Shown here one piece after another: positions 23,352 through 25,089 of a DNA stretch of 25,089 nt. This DNA comes from Myxococcota bacterium (lineage in GTDB: Bacteria; Myxococcota_A; UBA796; GCA-2862545). Each line of letters begins with the position of its first letter. Position 1 is the stretch's first letter. The stretch covers positions 1-25,089 of the forward strand of contig JBCCQY010000141.1 of assembly GCA_039208735.1 (NCBI GenBank), given 5' to 3'. Below the pieces are notes generated by a model that searched no databases, was not told the origin of the DNA, and was given only the letters and a program-made list of their open reading frames with translations. Position numbers and translations under genes: made by a program.

Positions 23352-25089
23352 GGTCGAGCGATCGACAAGGGCGAAACCCGACGCTCGTATTGCGGTCATC
23401 GGGACGACCCGCAAACCGGCTGGCGCTCCGACACTGGGCGGCCCCGCTGGCCCAGGCGCCTCCCCGACTCATGCGGTAGCGGTCATCTCCGAAGTCGGCC
23501 GGCCAGGACGCTAGACGGTCCGGCGCCGCGTAGTCCCGGCTGTAGCCGTTCGCACAACGGTCCCGCACGTTGCCCGCCAGTCCGCGAACGCCGTACGGGC
23601 TTTCGTCGGTCCTAGGTTCGTCCACTTTTCCGCGGGATGCAGCGTCCGCGGTACTGCGCACCGTATTGGCGAACGTTGGGTCGAAATGGTCGCCCCATGG
23701 GTAGGCCCGTGCATCCACGCCGCGGGCGGCCTTCTCCCATTCCAACTCGTGCGGCAGCCGCCAACGCGGCCGTCCTTCGACCGTCAGAGCGTCGAGGTAG
23801 GCCTCCATCGCGCTTAGATCGAGTTGGGTGACCGGCCAGTCGCGCTGCCACACCACACCTCGCACGCCCCCGGTCTGATCGAGGTCGTAGCGACCCTCCG
23901 GCGTCTGCACGAGCACCGATCGCAGCACATCGGAAACGAGGTCCGCCTCCTTGGGCTCGAACGCCCTGGCACGTTCCGTTTGCCCCTTGCCAACTAACGC
24001 ATTGAGGAATTCCAGGTACGCGTCCACGGTGACGGGAAACCGTGCGATGACGAACCCATCCAGCCACAATCGGCGCCGCGGCATAACGTCGACAGCTGCG
24101 TCGTCTCCACCGGCCCAAAACCACCCCGCAGGCACATAGCAATCGTGTTCGCCCAGGCTCCCGAGAGGCGGCAGTTGGACCGGCACGACCGACCCCTCGG
24201 GGCCGACGCCATCCCAGTGCTCCCCGCGGTCGACGAACACGGGGTAGAGGACCTCCTCGCACCGCGGATGTCGGATGCGGAGTCGGTAGCTTCCTCGGGC
24301 GAGCCGATGCCGTTCGATGGGGGTCGGCCCAAGGTGCTCGACCTCGACGGGCCACCGGCGCCGGTCTCGGGTCTCGTACCGCTCCACCACAACGTGGGCT
24401 CCTGGCGGCTCCGTCACCAACGAGAAGGCTCCATCGCCCTTCAGCCAATCGGCGTGTCGGCCTTGATCATGGTCGGCAAGCAAGGTCGCGAACCGTGCGG
24501 CCTCGCTCTGGTCCCCTAGACGCTCGGCCCGCTGGAGTCCTTGCTTGTACACCTCGGTCAGCGCGTCGATGGCGTCGCGAAACGTGGGATCGAGTTCGAG
24601 CGCAGCCCGGATACCCTGTTCGTGTCGGGTGCGCAGGACCGCGGCTTCTTGCTCGAGTTCGGCCGCTTCATCCTCGAGCGTCCAGGCGCCCCGCTTGTCG
24701 GGGTAGGGAGCCCAGGGGGGGAGCGCTCCGAGCTGGTCCCGCGCCGCTCGGCGCTTCTCTTCGCTTCGGGTCGCCTCGAGTTCGGCCTGCTGTCCCAAAT
24801 CGGCGACTCGCCCCAGAACATCGGCAGCCCAGTCGCGACGTTGCACATCGTCAAGCCAAGAACGAAGCGCCATGGCCACGGCCGCCCCGTCTGGGGGACG
24901 CTCCGCTGGATCGGGGGCACAGCACGCGTGCGCCAACGCCTCGAGTTCGGGAGGCGGCACCAGGCCATCGGTGCGGGGAGCGCTCGCGCGAGGGCCCCAC
25001 AGCAAGGCCTGGAGGACCCTTCCCAGACCGTAGACGTCGATCGAGGGTTGAGCAAGGCGACCCCGGTGCTGTTCGGGAGCCATGCACGC
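23341..25089 (-). CDS. Ser/Thr protein kinase (C-lobe only in window) - helical linker - PEGA-like - FGE-sulfatase/SUMF1 domain protein, 5'-partial
   Basis: The frame is open to the window edge (A-C-MAPEQ). Kinase motifs MAPEQ, DVYGLG, CCAPDPAERP. PEGA-like LVTEPPGAHV...LGPTPI...LARGSYRLRIRHP. FGE motifs RFPVTVDAYLEFL, RLPHELEWEKAARG..R.YPWG, SPYGVRGLAGNV, RGGAW, VGFRP. Confidence 0.9.
   Translation of the reverse strand, partial: ACMAPEQHRGRLAQPSIDVYGLGRVLQALLWGPRASAPRTDGLVPPPELEALAHACCAPDPAERPPDGAAVAMALRSWLDDVQRRDWAADVLGRVADLGQQAELEATRSEEKRRAARDQLGALPPWAPYPDKRGAWTLEDEAAELEQEAAVLRTRHEQGIRAALELDPTFRDAIDALTEVYKQGLQRAERLGDQSEAARFATLLADHDQGRHADWLKGDGAFSLVTEPPGAHVVVERYETRDRRRWPVEVEHLGPTPIERHRLARGSYRLRIRHPRCEEVLYPVFVDRGEHWDGVGPEGSVVPVQLPPLGSLGEHDCYVPAGWFWAGGDDAAVDVMPRRRLWLDGFVIARFPVTVDAYLEFLNALVGKGQTERARAFEPKEADLVSDVLRSVLVQTPEGRYDLDQTGGVRGVVWQRDWPVTQLDLSAMEAYLDALTVEGRPRWRLPHELEWEKAARGVDARAYPWGDHFDPTFANTVRSTADAASRGKVDEPRTDESPYGVRGLAGNVRDRCANGYSRDYAAPDRLASWPADFGDDRYRMSRGGAWASGAAQCRSASRFAGRPDDRNTSVGFRPCRSLDLTD

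Noticed and set aside
23341..24150. FGE/C-type-lectin-fold C-terminus as a diversity-generating retroelement target
   Set aside because: No reverse transcriptase and no adenine-variant template repeat of the 3' end is visible in the window.

Overview
GC-rich bacterial accessory region. The domain repertoire suggests a Myxococcota-like organism (inference only). No rRNA, tRNA or CRISPR array was seen. From left to right: (1) the 3' part of a giant acidic repeat protein (>2100 aa) with TSP3-like ends and nine ~140-aa beta-sandwich domains resembling Reelin subrepeats, separated by eight 6-Cys HWxDC/CDLG modules; (2) gene debris: an IS91-family transposase remnant and a back-to-back DUF1330/LysR deletion scar; (3) a lipoprotein amidase and an ArsR-SRPBCC operon; (4) an orphan frameshifted 3' end of gltD; (5) a lipoprotein with an exact MACPF/perforin signature followed by a terminator; (6) a collagen + DUF1554 (endostatin-like) lipoprotein; (7) a divergent AraC / alpha-beta hydrolase pair with a 21-bp-period candidate operator, then an HExxH metallopeptidase lipoprotein; (8) a 1068-aa protein fusing two SF1 helicase cores (Upf1/DNA2-like + UvrD-like); (9) a wHTH / ECF sigma / lipoprotein cluster converging on a Ser/Thr kinase-PEGA-FGE gene that runs off the right edge. 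The strongest candidates for undescribed biology are the double helicase, the MACPF lipoprotein among other predicted surface effectors, and the Reelin-like giant protein. All family calls come from motif recognition by eye, not from database searches.
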